Part shown: positions 23,584 through 35,029 of the stretch, in pieces
Layout: each line of letters opens with the position of its first letter
Numbering within the stretch: the first letter of the stretch is position 1
Assembly: GCA_010909165.1 (NCBI GenBank)
Contig: VJWM01000253.1
Span: 124,001 to 188,000, forward strand
Direction: 5' to 3'
DNA: 64,000 bases
Source: Anthoceros angustus
Taxonomy: Eukaryota > Plantae > Anthocerotophyta
Made by a program: the position numbers and the translations under genes
Notes under the pieces: generated by a model
What the model was told of the DNA's origin: nothing
Seen by the model: only the letters and a program-made list of their open reading frames with translations
Databases searched by the model: none

Positions 23584-23862
23584 CTCCGGTTTCGGAAACA
23601 CCGTTTTTATCCTCCGGTTTTGGAAAAACCATTTTTGTCCTCCAGTTCCAGAAAAACCATTTTTGTCCTCCCGTTTTGGAAAACCCGTTTTTATTCTCCC
23701 ATTTCGGAAAAACCAATTTTGTCTTCCAGTTTCGGAAAAAGCGTTTTTGTCCTCCGCCTGTAAAAACCATTTTTGTCCTCCCGTTTTGGAAAACCCGTTT
23801 TTATTCTCCCATTTCGGAAAAACCAATTTTGTCTTCCAGTTTCGGAAAAAGCGTTTTTGTCC
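23584..23862. repeat. 28-bp tandem repeat, about 10 monomers, with a duplicated 110-bp four-monomer block
   Basis: Monomer resembles CTCCGGTTTTGGAAAAACCATTTTTGTC. AAAAACCATTTTTGTCCTCCCGTTTTGG recurs at 23652 and 23762. Confidence 0.9.
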
Positions 23863-24055
23863 TAACCGATATGTTCGAATGTGTGTGTAAGAAAGACCAC
23901 GGGAACCTACTAATGTAGGTTGCCGATGACAAACTTGCACTTGAGCACAATCTCGTGCAATGGGACAGCTTGTGCCCTTGCTTGTATCCCTAGCCCCTAT
24001 CATTACGGATATTCATCGAGCACAATCTAATACCACTCGATTGCGTAGGACATAC

Positions 24056-25648
24056 TGTGGACAAGGGAAGAACAATAGACTCCCCCTTAGGAAGGTAATA
24101 GGAGTGTTTTTTTGTTTTCTTTAGTGTTCGGTGTGAGGAATAAGGCAGTAAAAGGGGAAATAAGGACGAACGTACTGGATTACGACGGAGAAGAAGGATT
24201 GGATTACGACGGAGAAGAAGGACTGAAGGAAGGGCCCGTGTCGGACAACGTCAGGAACTCCGTAGTAGACTACGGGGAACTTCGGAGTAAAGACCGATGG
24301 AAGGAGTAACTGCGGAGTTGTCATGCCGTGTGATACTAATCTCTGCACTTGGGTTTAGTATTTGATTAGCATTAATTAATCTAATTACTTATCTTTAAGT
24401 AAGTAATTAATATTAATTAATCTAAGGTGCTTATGTTAATTAAGCATTGCTTATTGTTAATTAATCTAAGGTGCTTATGTTAATTAAGTATCGATTAGTG
24501 TTAATTAAACGTGGTTAGCAATAGCTAAGTGGATAAGCTCAAGTAATATGCTTTGGCATATTCCTTGCATATTATAATGTATTCTTAGGATACAATAGCT
24601 AAGTGGATAAGCTCAAGTAATATGCTTGGCACATTCCTTGCATATTATAGTGTATTCTTAGGATATTTTCAGCATATGCTGATGCCAATAGGATATCTTA
24701 GGAATATGCCAATGCCAAGGGCTAGTATATATAGACCCTTCCATTGAGGACAGCTCGATCATAGCTTGTCCTCTAGATGCAATGCAAGGGTGTTGTGAGG
24801 AGGCCAAAGCTATGACCCGAGAGCGTGTGTGAGGAATTTGCGTGTTGTTCTCGTGGGAGAGTGTTTCTCGCCACGATGCCGCTACTCCCTCTTGTTGTTA
24901 TTGGTTGCACCTATATATCCGCCAGACATTTGTTTGCGTGGTTGTTGGTCAAGAAGTGCTTATATGAATTGCGCTTACTAGGCGTGCAGGGAGTGGAGCG
25001 TAATAGGCAAGCAGGACACATGGACGGTGCCGAATGGAAGACTGACATGCAGCGGACCATGACCGCAGAGTTGCCGTTATAGGTGTGTAACCACGACCCA
25101 GGACATGCGCCAAGAAGTGCGAGCGTGAAGTTGCGTGACACGATGCGTAACTCGGCGCCACCGCAGCAAAAGACGTCTTCCCGCGCATCAATTACACCAT
25201 ACGCCCCGTTGCTAAGAGAAGGCTATCTACCACCGACTTCCGAAGCTCGCAAGGGCCACACCCCGCTCTTTGGTGCTTTCTCTTCCGAGGTTTGAGCGCA
25301 ACGCCCGGTGACCCTCGACTCCTTCCGGCGCGTCGATCTCTCCGAAGTTCAAGAGCATCGCAGCCCTCCATACCTCAGCAGCAGAACGAGCGGCGAGCAG
25401 ACATGGGACCAAAGAAGATGGCAGAAGTCTGGACGCCCTGGCGCCTGGTGGAGAAGAACATCATAATGCGGCGCTACCCCGATTTCGGCCCATGGCTTGC
25501 CGAAGCGGAGGAGCTTGTGCAAGAGTGGCACCTAGATATCTTCCAGGCAGTGTGGACCTTCGACAGCGTGGCGCTGGTCAAGGAGTACACCCGGAAGATG
25601 ATGGCGGTGGCAAGCAAGGCTGTTCGTTCCAAGAGTTTGAGGAAGGAC
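24056..25648 (+). mobile_element. LTR-like family C, copy 1 (5' part), carrying the start of a conserved ORF and interrupted by the copia insertion
   Basis: T-rich GGAGTGTTTTTTTGTTTT motif near 24101. CTCCCCTTAGGAAGGTAAT is shared with 30340 and 32880 (reverse complement). ORF MGPKKMAEVWTPWRLVEKNIIMRRYPDF...RSKSLRKD continues on the minus strand at 35954. Confidence 0.6.
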
Positions 25649-25932
25649 TAATGAAGTGACAGTCCAAGACCATAGCTGAACCGTCACCAACACCTCTACA
25701 TCCGAGAGGCATCAACCATACACACCAACTGACGCACCTGTTCGCATAGCACCCTGCACAGACACAAGAACCAGCATGAACACTCAACGTTGTAATCAAT
25801 TCTTAGACCGAATGAAAACATGAGTATATCTGAAACTTTTCCCATGGTATCAGAGCCCAGTAATCATGCACCGTGATGGAAAGCTTTGTTGTGCGACACT
25901 GGCGTGCTTGAAACCCCTGGTGGCTGGAAGCC

Positions 25933-26265
25933 ATGGGTCGAAATAGGGGAAGCCGCATGCCCAAGGCACTGCCATATGGGGAATACAGTCTCCCCGCTCC
26001 CCAATCTCCCGTAGAGGCTACAATCTACAACCACCGAAGATGTCAGTGCTACATCCCACTGAGAGCATCAAATATCACAACAATAAACCTGCTACAAAAG
26101 CTCCATCAGATTGAAAACAAGCTTCACACCGAGACTCGTCTGCTCCGTGACCTCATGGGTGCTGTATACAAGGAACTGAACGAACTAAGATGCGAACTGA
26201 ACGCTTCGCAAGCCAAACCAATTAATTCCTCACCATCCCGCAAGAACCCTATAAGATCACGCTGA
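25933..26265 (+). CDS. Extra 110-aa ORF in the copia leader, predicted coiled coil, function unknown
   Basis: ATG-initiated ORF between PBS and gag; heptad-like LLQKLHQIENKLHTETRLLRDLMGAVYKELNELRCELNA. Confidence 0.35.
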   Translation: MGRNRGSRMPKALPYGEYSLPAPQSPVEATIYNHRRCQCYIPLRASNITTINLLQKLHQIENKLHTETRLLRDLMGAVYKELNELRCELNASQAKPINSSPSRKNPIRSR

Positions 26266-26308
26266 AGCCCAAGACTTGCGTGAAATCTCGACACCATGTT
26301 AGGAGCCG

Positions 26309-28795
26309 GTGGAGGAACTGCTCAACCCAACCCTACATACCACAATAAAGGAAAGAGACAGATTCACTGGCACTGATTACGATGCTTGGTCTACCAGGAT
26401 GAGAGGGCACCTTGAAGATCCCGATCTGTGGACAATAATTGATGGATCGCTCCCGTTCCCTACCTCCGCAGGTCCAGACCTTGATCATTGGAATAAATCC
26501 GACAGGAAAGCCAGAAACCTTCTAATCGCAGGACTGGATAAGGACATGGTGCACCACACCTTTGGTGCACCCACATCACACACTATCTGGGAGCGCTTCT
26601 GCCAGATGTATGAAGCAACCGACCCGCAGCACGTTGCTACAGCGACAAGGAACTTTCACCTCCTTAAATATAAGGATGGTGATAGCAGCCACAGACGTCT
26701 GAGCACCTTCCGAACCCTAAGAGCAAGGGCTTCCTGTGGCACAACCCTCACGGAGCCTGAGGCGGCCATAGCCCTCCTCATGACCCTACCACAAAGCTGG
26801 CATACTTTCACAGCCACACAGAACGGCCTAATCAAGCAATCACAACAAGCAAAGAAATTAAATCTTGGAGACGAGATGACCCTCTCAGAGGTCATAACGG
26901 CCGTCATTGAGGAGGACTCTGCCATGGGATCCTCTAGAAGCGCAAGCGCTGCCCCGGGACATGCCTTGTTCATCTCGAGGCGCAATGGGCAAAGACATAC
27001 AAGAAGCAGAAACTGGCAAAGCAAGAAGGGAGGAGAAAGCTCGTCTTCTCCAGGCTCTGCTAATCCCCGTCGAAAGGGGAGCTGCAACTGGTGCAAAAAA
27101 TTAGGGCACTATGAGCGAGAGTGCCGAAGCAAACAAGCAGGCGAACCAAGAAGGCCCGGTCCCCAAAGCGCTCACGTTGTACAGAAAGCACCGACAATCC
27201 TCATCACTACTCTGTCACTTGGCAACGATAGCTGCTCCTCATGGTATCTAGATAGCGGTGCCTCTGCTCACATCTGTAAGGATCGTAGCTGCTTCTACAC
27301 CTACATACCACTGCATGAGGGAGGGCTGATCTATGTTGTAGACAACAGGACCGTAAATGTGCTTGGCACGGGCACAGTCACACTAACATGCAAGACCGGT
27401 GGCACCATAACTTTGACAGACGTGCTTCATGTACCCAAGGTAGGAAAGAACCTTGTTTCAGTTAGCAGTCTGACAGATGTTAAGCAACACGAGGTACACT
27501 TCAAGGCCCAGAAGTGTGAGATCTCCCTGTATGACAAGCCTCTTGCGGTTATCTGCTGCGGAGAGAAAGAGGATCAACTCTACACTCTCAAAGCAACTGC
27601 AACCCTCGGATCAGCCCAATTGGCTCGGACCTCAAACAAAGCTGAAGTAACGAAGCTATGGCACCTGCGCTTGGGCCACCCCAATCTGAAGCGTATGAAG
27701 GAGATGCAGGCAGGCCAACTATATGCAGAACCTCTTCCTGAGTTTAGTGACTCCCTCTTCTGTGAAGCCTGCCTGCTAGGTAAATGCAAGGAAACACCAT
27801 ACCCTCATACTTCCACTCACCGTGCCACTGAGCTACTTGAGCTGGTGCACATCGATCTTTGTGGGCCTATGTCAACACATTCGTTTGGAGGAGCATCCTA
27901 CTTTATGCCTGTTGTTGATGATAAATCACGTATGGTTCATACTTACTTCCTCCGCCTCAAGAGTGAGGCCTTTGACAAGTTCAGGGAATTCCATGTAATG
28001 GTTGAACTTCAAACTGGTTGCAAGCTTAAGTGCGTACGCTCGGATGGAGGAGGCAAGTTTATGTCTGGTGAACTTAATTCCTATCTCTCTGACAGAGGAA
28101 TCACCCGACAAGTGACCATTCCCTATGCTCACGCACAAAATGGGGTCGCCGAGAATTGCAACCGACGTCTGCAGGAGATGGCTAGGGTCATGTTGGCTCA
28201 CTCCAATCTGTCTCGTGGCTACTGGGCTGAGGCAGTTTCTACTGCTACACACTTGGTGAATCGCTTGCCCACATCTGCACTAGCCGATACCACACCTTTT
28301 GCGCTTTGGAGTGGCACCAAGCCCTCCTTGTCCCACCTTCGTGTGTTTGGGTCAGAAAGCTACTCTTGGATTCCCAAGGAGAAGCGCCATGCTTATGATC
28401 CCAAGACTACTAAATTTGATCCCCGAGCACAGAATCTTGTATTTGTTGGATATATGGATGGAGTAAAAGGCTACAAGCTCATTCACCCACACTCACATCA
28501 GGTTACAATCTCTTGGAGTGTTTATGTACGTGAACACCTGGACCACCCTTCCAGTCTCCTAGGAGACAGCGGGAGTATCATAGGCTCCTACCCTGACCTT
28601 GATTCCCCCGATTGCAATGTGGAGGAGGAAATTGAGATAGAGATCAACCGGCACCAAGCCGCTCAACCGGGACTCCTGCCGGTAGCGCAGCCTCCCGTGC
28701 ACCAAACCCTTGCTCAAGCGGATCCATTGCTCTCTCAGGTCATCCATGCAGGAGGAGACCAAGATGCTCAAGCTCCAAATCCAGTTGCAGTGTAA
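26309..28795 (+). CDS. Copia Gag-Pol polyprotein (Gag, CCHC knuckle, protease, integrase), premature stop before RT
   Basis: CNWCKKLGHYEREC, WYLDSGASAH, LWHLRLGHP...CEACLLGK, LELVHIDLCGP...DDKSR...SDGGG...NGVAE, and the GKGY-like motif VKGYKL. Confidence 0.93.
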   Translation: MEELLNPTLHTTIKERDRFTGTDYDAWSTRMRGHLEDPDLWTIIDGSLPFPTSAGPDLDHWNKSDRKARNLLIAGLDKDMVHHTFGAPTSHTIWERFCQMYEATDPQHVATATRNFHLLKYKDGDSSHRRLSTFRTLRARASCGTTLTEPEAAIALLMTLPQSWHTFTATQNGLIKQSQQAKKLNLGDEMTLSEVITAVIEEDSAMGSSRSASAAPGHALFISRRNGQRHTRSRNWQSKKGGESSSSPGSANPRRKGSCNWCKKLGHYERECRSKQAGEPRRPGPQSAHVVQKAPTILITTLSLGNDSCSSWYLDSGASAHICKDRSCFYTYIPLHEGGLIYVVDNRTVNVLGTGTVTLTCKTGGTITLTDVLHVPKVGKNLVSVSSLTDVKQHEVHFKAQKCEISLYDKPLAVICCGEKEDQLYTLKATATLGSAQLARTSNKAEVTKLWHLRLGHPNLKRMKEMQAGQLYAEPLPEFSDSLFCEACLLGKCKETPYPHTSTHRATELLELVHIDLCGPMSTHSFGGASYFMPVVDDKSRMVHTYFLRLKSEAFDKFREFHVMVELQTGCKLKCVRSDGGGKFMSGELNSYLSDRGITRQVTIPYAHAQNGVAENCNRRLQEMARVMLAHSNLSRGYWAEAVSTATHLVNRLPTSALADTTPFALWSGTKPSLSHLRVFGSESYSWIPKEKRHAYDPKTTKFDPRAQNLVFVGYMDGVKGYKLIHPHSHQVTISWSVYVREHLDHPSSLLGDSGSIIGSYPDLDSPDCNVEEEIEIEINRHQAAQPGLLPVAQPPVHQTLAQADPLLSQVIHAGGDQDAQAPNPVAV

Positions 28796-28979
28796 CCTCC
28801 ACCAACTGCAACCATCATTCCGTAGAGACGCCAATCTACCAGAGTTCGTAGGCGCCCCGCCTATCTGGATGCCTACCATGTCCCAGAGTTACCTCGAGCC
28901 CATCACTGCGTGTTGCCCCGATGCCTCGAATTGATAACACGCGGGAGACAAGATCGAGATTGATGCCCCGGATAATCTC

Positions 28980-29423
28980 GTGGCAAGAGCAATGCTTGAG
29001 ACTGCAAGCCTAGAAGAAGCTCTCAGATCACCTGATAAGGAAGGATGGATGCAGGCAATCCAAGAGGAATACGATTCTCTCATTGAATTAAAGACATGGG
29101 TGCTCACCCCACTCCCTCCCGGTCGCAAGGCAATTAAATGTAAGTGGACATTCAAACGTAAGCTGAAGTCCGACGGAACCACTGAAAGACTCAAAGCACG
29201 GCTCGTGATCAAGGGCTACAGTCAAAGGCCCGGCCTCGACTTTGGAGATAACACCTACGCACCTGTGATGGCCGCTCAATCTGTTAGATTCCTCCTGGCA
29301 ATTGCGGCTGAGCACGACCTTGATGTGCATCAACTCGACATTTCAACAGCCTTCCTCTATGCCACACTAAAGGAGGAAATTTATATGGAGCAACCACCAA
29401 TGTACGTGGATCCCAAGAGATCT
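28980..29423 (+). pseudogene. Copia reverse transcriptase, N-terminal part, cut at the inversion breakpoint
   Basis: WMQAIQEEYDSL...KCKWTFKRK...RLKARLVIKGYSQ...QLDISTAFLYATLKEEIYMEQPP. Confidence 0.9.
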
Positions 29424-29427
29424 ACGA

Positions 29428-30442
29428 TAAGTTCCGGCACCACCCCCCCCAATTTCTTCCACCGGCCGGTTGTAAACCGCCCGCAAGACCTCCACCGTCC
29501 ATCTCCTTGGGTCCTCCCTCAGACTCTTGGAGCGGACGGTTTTGTTGGCCACCGCCAACATCTCCGGCGATTTCTCACCAACGCCTGTGAACGCGTCCAT
29601 ACCGCCCGGAAGACGCCCGTGTGCGCCCCGCACTCACCTCCGCCTTCTCCAGCTAAGGTTCAAGTCGGGTAGCGCTTGGGACGATGTTCTTCACCCGACG
29701 CCAGAGTTCCGGGCCTTCCACGCTTTGGGTCCCATATTTGGCCGCCGGCTGCTGCCAGGCGTGATGGCCGACAATTCCCTTCTGCAGCTCCGCCATGAGC
29801 CACCACGAAAGAGGGTCGCTGAATTGCGCTTGCGCCCGGAAGAGATAGCGCCGTAGAGCAGTGGGTGCCCGAGCGATTATCGCGAAATCTAACTGAGAAG
29901 TCGGTCGAGAGAATGGCCTTCTCTGCCGCCAACGCTGGGAGTAAAGCGCGGAGGCGCCCTTCGCTGCCTGTAATCGCGAGAGTCCTGCATTGCCACTCTA
30001 GCCTTGCCGCCGCCACCAGCGGTCTCTTACTCCGCATGTACCGTGGGCGTGGTTACGTTACTGCCATCGACAACCCTATGGTCCCGGTCCACTGCATGCC
30101 TGTTTCCCCTCAAAGACCGCCCACAAGGCCCCTTGCCAAAACACGCCCCTGCTCCAAAGTTACTTTTCCCAGCATTTATCGCGACTTACTCGAGTGCACC
30201 GACTCACCCCTACCTACTCCGGAGTGTCAAGTAGTCTCCTGTGCTACTCCGAGTGCGTCCGAGCCACCGGCCTTATTTCTCCCTTTCGCTTATTTTCCCA
30301 CTTCCCACTAACAAAAACAAAAACTAGCTCATTACCTTCCTAAGGGGAGAGCCCATACCATAGCAGTCCCAACCTCCTCGCCCGCTTTGCGCCACCTTCT
30401 CCGCCTGCCTCTCGCTGGGGTGGGGGTGAAGGGGTCCGGGAG
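29428..30442 (-). mobile_element. LTR-like family C, copy 2 (5' part with ORF start), inverted
   Basis: Minus strand ATGGGACCCAAAG...MLAVANKTVRSKSLREDPRRWTVEVLRAVYNRP, homologous to the ORF at 25414-25648. Confidence 0.7.
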
Positions 30443-30794
30443 TGTGGTGACCACATGGGTACTGCACTTTAAAAGGAGTGTTTTTTGTTTTGTGTTTAAG
30501 TTGTGAGAATCGTGGAGTTGGAATGTGAAGTAGGTTAGGAAATAAGAAAAGTCTACTAGAGCCTAGTAGGAGGAAGAGAGTCTAGTCCGATCCCGGATGT
30601 AACCTTGAGGGTTGGTCGTCAATGCTGCTAACGCGTTGCTAGGGCCGTTGCTAATGTGACTGCTATTATGACAACAACCGACTGGAGCTGCTATGGTAGC
30701 AACCAAGTCGGAGTTATTTTCCGATAAATTGGAAACCTATTTGGGCGAAATCACAGGAAATACCCGAACGGAAGTGGGGAACATGGAGGTACTT

Positions 30795-33371
30795 GGCTCA
30801 CTCCAACTGCCTCTGTGGCTACTGGCCGAGGCGCTTACCGCTACACACTTGGTGAATCGCTTGCCCACATCTCGCACTCAGCCGATACCACACCTTTTGC
30901 GCTTTGGAGTGGCACCAAGCCCTCCTTGTCCCACCTTCGTGTGTTTGGGTCTGAAAGCTACTCTTGGATTCCCAAGGAGAAGCGCCATGCTTATGATCCC
31001 AAGACTACTAAATTTGATCCCCGATCACAGAATCTTGTATTTGTTGGATATATGGATGGAGTAAAAGGCTACAAGCTCATTCACCCACACTCACATCGTT
31101 ACAATCTCTTGGAGTGTTTATGTACGTGAACACTGACTACCCTTCCAGCCTCCTAGGAGACATGGAGTATCATAGGCTCCTACGACCTTGATTCCCCGAT
31201 TGCAATGTGGAGGAGGAAATTGAGATAGAGATCAACCGGCACCAAGTCCAACCGGACTCCCCGCGGTAGCGCAGCCTCCGTGCACCAAACCCTTGCTCAA
31301 GCGGATCCATTGCTCTCTCAAGTCATCCATGCAGGAGGAGACCAAGATGCTCAAGCTCCAAATCCAGTTGCAGTGTAACCTCCACCAACTGCAACCATCA
31401 TTCCGTAGAGACGCCAATCTACCAGAGTCTGTGAGGCTCATGTCCATGAGTCCCAAAGAATGTTACCCCTGTCTCATTGATAATTTGTTAGATTGATGCC
31501 CCGATAATCTCGGCAAGAGCAATGCTTGAGACAAGCCTAGAAGAAGCTCTCAGATCACCTGATAAGGAAGGATGGATGCAGGCAATCCAAGAGGAATACG
31601 ATTCTCTCATTGAATTAAAGACATGGGTGCTCACCCCACTCCCTCCCGGTCGCAAGGCAATTAAATGTAAGTGGACATTCAAACGTAAGGTGAAGTCCGA
31701 CGTAACCACTGAAAGACTCAAAGCACGGCTCGTGATCAAGCGGGCTACAGTCAAAGGCCCGGCCTCGACTTTGGAGATAACACTCACGCACTGTGATGGC
31801 GCTCAACTGCTTAGATTCCTCCGGCAATGGGCCGAAAGCACGACCTTGATGTGCATCAACTCGACATTTCAACAAATTTTCCTCTATGCCACACTAAAGG
31901 AGGAAATTTATATGGAGCAACCACCAATGCAATGGATCCCAAGAGATCTACGACATAAGTTCCGCACCACCCCCCAATTTCTTCCACCGGCGGTTGTAAA
32001 CCGCTCAAGAACCTCCACCGTCCATCTCCTTGGGTCCTCGACTCTTGAGCGGACGGTTTGCTGGCGCCAACATCTTCCGGCGATTCCCCCAACTGCCGAA
32101 CGTCCATACCGCCGAAGACGCCCGTGTGCCACCCCGCACTCACCTCCGCCTTCAGCGGCTAAGGTCAAGTCGGGTAGCGCTTGGTGACGATGTTCTTCTC
32201 CACCAGACGCCAGGGTTCCCAGTCTTCCGCTGCCTTCTTGGGTCCCATATTTGCGCGCCGGCTGGTCTGCTGTTGTGGCGTGATGGCCGACAATTCCCTT
32301 CCTGTGCTCCGCCGCGTCGAGCGCTCAGCTCACGAAAGAGGGTCGCTCGTAATTGCGCTTGTGCGCCGGAAGAGATAGCGCCGTAGCGAGCAGGTGCCCG
32401 AGCGCAGTGGCTGCGAAATCGCTGGAGAAGTCGGCCGAGAATGGCCTTCTCGCCGCAACGCCGGGAGTAATTGGAAGCTGGAGGGCGTCCTTTCGCTGCC
32501 TGAATCGCGAGAGTCTGCAGCATTGCCTTTAGCCACAGATTTAGCTCTTATCATTGGCGCATGTACCGGTGGTTACGTGCCCTTAACGGCCACTGACAAC
32601 CCTATGGTCCTGGTCCACTGCATGCCTGTTCCCCTCTCAGCACCGTCCACAAGGCCCCCTTGCCAAAACACGCTCCCCCGTTCCAAAGTTACTTTTCCCA
32701 GCGTACTTATCGCGACTTACTCCGGAGTGCAGTCCGGACTCACCCCGGCCTACTCTGGAGTGCAGTCCGTAGTCTCCCAGGCTACTCCGGAGTGCGGTCC
32801 GGAGCCACCCTGGCCTTATTTCTCCCTTTCCGCCTTATTTCCCACTCCCCACTAACAAAAAACAAAAAACTAGCTCATTACCTTCCTAAGGGGGAGAGCC
32901 CACAGTCCATAGCAGGTCCGTCAACCTCCCTGGCCCGTTTTGCGGCCAATTCCTTCTCCGCTCGTCTCCGCTTGGGGTCCGGTGGGGGTGAAGGGGTCCG
33001 GGAGTGTGGTGACCACATGGGTACTCAGACCCCCTCGAAAAGGAGTGTTTTTTTTGTTTTGTGTTTAAGTTGTGAGAATCGTGTGAGTTGGAATGTGAAG
33101 TAGGTTAGGAAATAAGAAAAGTCTACTAGAGCCTAGTAGGAGGAAGAGAGTCTAGTCCCGATCCCGGATGTAACCTTGAGGGTTGGTCGTCAATTTGACC
33201 GTTAACGCGTTGCTAGGGCTGTTGAACAGGACTGCTATGACAACAACCGACTGGAGCCTGCTATGGTAGCAACCAAGTCGGAGTTATTTTCCGATAAATT
33301 CGGAAACCTATTTGGGCGAAATCACAGGAAATACCCGAACGGGAAGTAATGGGGAACATGGAGGTACTTGA
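30795..33371. repeat. About 2.6-kb tandem duplicate of 28194-30794 (copia INT/RT + family C + LTR-A start)
   Basis: Junction GGAGGTAC-TTG-GCTCACTCC at about 30792. The copies are colinear but differ by many small deletions. Confidence 0.9.
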
Positions 33372-35025
33372 TCCATGCCTTGACGGCACCGGATCCTACC
33401 TATGGGTTGGACTCTTATGGAGGAGACTTTCACCACCCATCCAGGATTCAAGAGCTCACCGAGGAGGAGTACTGTGCTATGTCATGAGCACAAGAGAGGG
33501 AGGAGTCCAGAGGAGGTGGAGATTTTGGGAGAGTTTGCCCAACCACCCAAGAGGGAGGAGAGCAAGAGGAGAGCATAATAGGAGGCCTAGGAGGCCTAGG
33601 AGAGATAATAGGGTAAGTGACCAAATAGTCAGAGGCCCATGTGCTATAGATAGATCAGAATCTTATCTTCTTAGTGGATGTAATTAAGAGATAGGCCTCT
33701 AGGACTGTAGGCTAAGACCGATTGGTATTTTGGCAAGCCCAAGCTTTTTGTGGGTGATCTTGGGTATAAGAGGCAGCCCTCTTGATGAAATGTAAGCAAA
33801 GGTCTGGTGTTTGGGGTGAGCACGGGGTTTGGGGGTACTGATCCAAAGGTCGTAAGTCTAGACACGCTTTGTCACAGGAGAAGCCAAGAAGACCACTGTT
33901 GCCTAGATCCGTGGGCCGATCCGCAAGGGTGGTGGAAAGCAAGGGAGGGAGCCTTGAGGTCTCCTTGAGGGAGTTTCCAAGGTCAAGAGGAAGGGGTTGT
34001 GAAGCCGGGAGGCTGTCCACTCTTCCTCATTCCTCTTCAGCCTAGTCTAGTACTCACCTTGTGTTTTGAGTTTCGTGTGGAGGTCGGGTGTTTGGGAGAA
34101 GAGAGGGCGGGAGGTGTGAGGAGAAGACAAGGCGGGAGCCTGTGTGTGGAGGAGAAGTCAAGGAAAGTCAAGTGAGTTGGAGGCCGTGGGCTTGTGTGTT
34201 TGGAAAATGAGAGGAAAGTGAACTGTGAGAGAAGTGGAGAATGGACATGGAGAGTTGCTGATTGGCTATTTGAGAGGCTGAAGAAGGAGCCGTGAGAGTC
34301 TGTGGATGGCTTTGTAAAGTTGGTGAAGAGAGAACCGAGCCGGAAGGTGAGATTGAATGGGGCAAAGTGAGGTGTGAGAACAAGGAGAGTTGAAGAGAGG
34401 CTGGGAGACTTGGAGAGTGGGGAGGATCATGAGAGGCACCTCAAGGGGCTGTGAGAGCCTGGAGAGGTCTGTATGGAGCTTGGAAGGTGAGCTGCGGAGG
34501 AGAGACAAGGAAGTCTCAAGAAGTGCCGCAAGAGAAAGGGGTAGTTTGTGTGAGCTGCAACCCTTTATGCCCGTGAGTTGTCCTAGGTTTAGGTTTAGAG
34601 ATTAGGTTAGGGCCGCTTAGGTTGTCCATAAATAGTGTGTGAAAAGGTGACACGTGGCTAACTCGATTGGTGGATCTAACTTTGTGGATAGATAAGAGAG
34701 AGGGTGTCCAACCTTATCCACTTGGATCCCCAAGTGGGTCCCACCTTCTATTAATAGCCGACCTGATCCCAAGGTGGACCCCACTGCTAAAATAGAGGGT
34801 GGTTGCTAAGATAGCAACTGTCCGTCTGCTAAGGTAGCAACAGGTCGGCTAAGATAGCCATGTGTCCGAGTGTTGTTAGGATAGTAGCGTCTCAGAATCG
34901 CTAGATGTTTGGTGTGTCCGTGTTTGGTTGGATTGGCTATGTTGTCTTGACACGAAATCACCCCTTGGGTACGTAATCTCAAGTCTACAACGATAAGAGG
35001 GTAAATGTGGCCTCTTTGTGACCAC
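33005..35025 (+). mobile_element. LTR family A, about 2 kb, no clear ORF
   Basis: Begins TGTGGTGAC after a purine-rich tract (GGGGGTGAAGGGGTCCGGGAG) and ends GTGACCAC (near-inverted terminus). Homologous to 37951-39535 (minus), 30443-30794 and 55520-55821 (minus). Confidence 0.7.
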
Positions 35026-35029
35026 TTGG

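Larger units (their letters stand above)
25649..29423 (+). mobile_element. Ty1/copia LTR retrotransposon, 5' half (5' LTR 25649-25844, PBS, gag-PR-INT, 5' part of RT)
   Basis: PBS TGGTATCAGAGC at 25845-25856 (tRNA-iMet type). Upstream flank AGGAC at 25644-25648. LTR matches the reverse complement of 35955-36144. Confidence 0.93.

Noticed and set aside
23431-24003. ORFs of 110-153 aa
   Set aside because: Translations of the 28-bp tandem repeat.
34575-34625. Telomere-like TTTAGG/TTAGGG repeats
   Set aside because: Short, degenerate and embedded in LTR-A; not an interstitial telomeric array.
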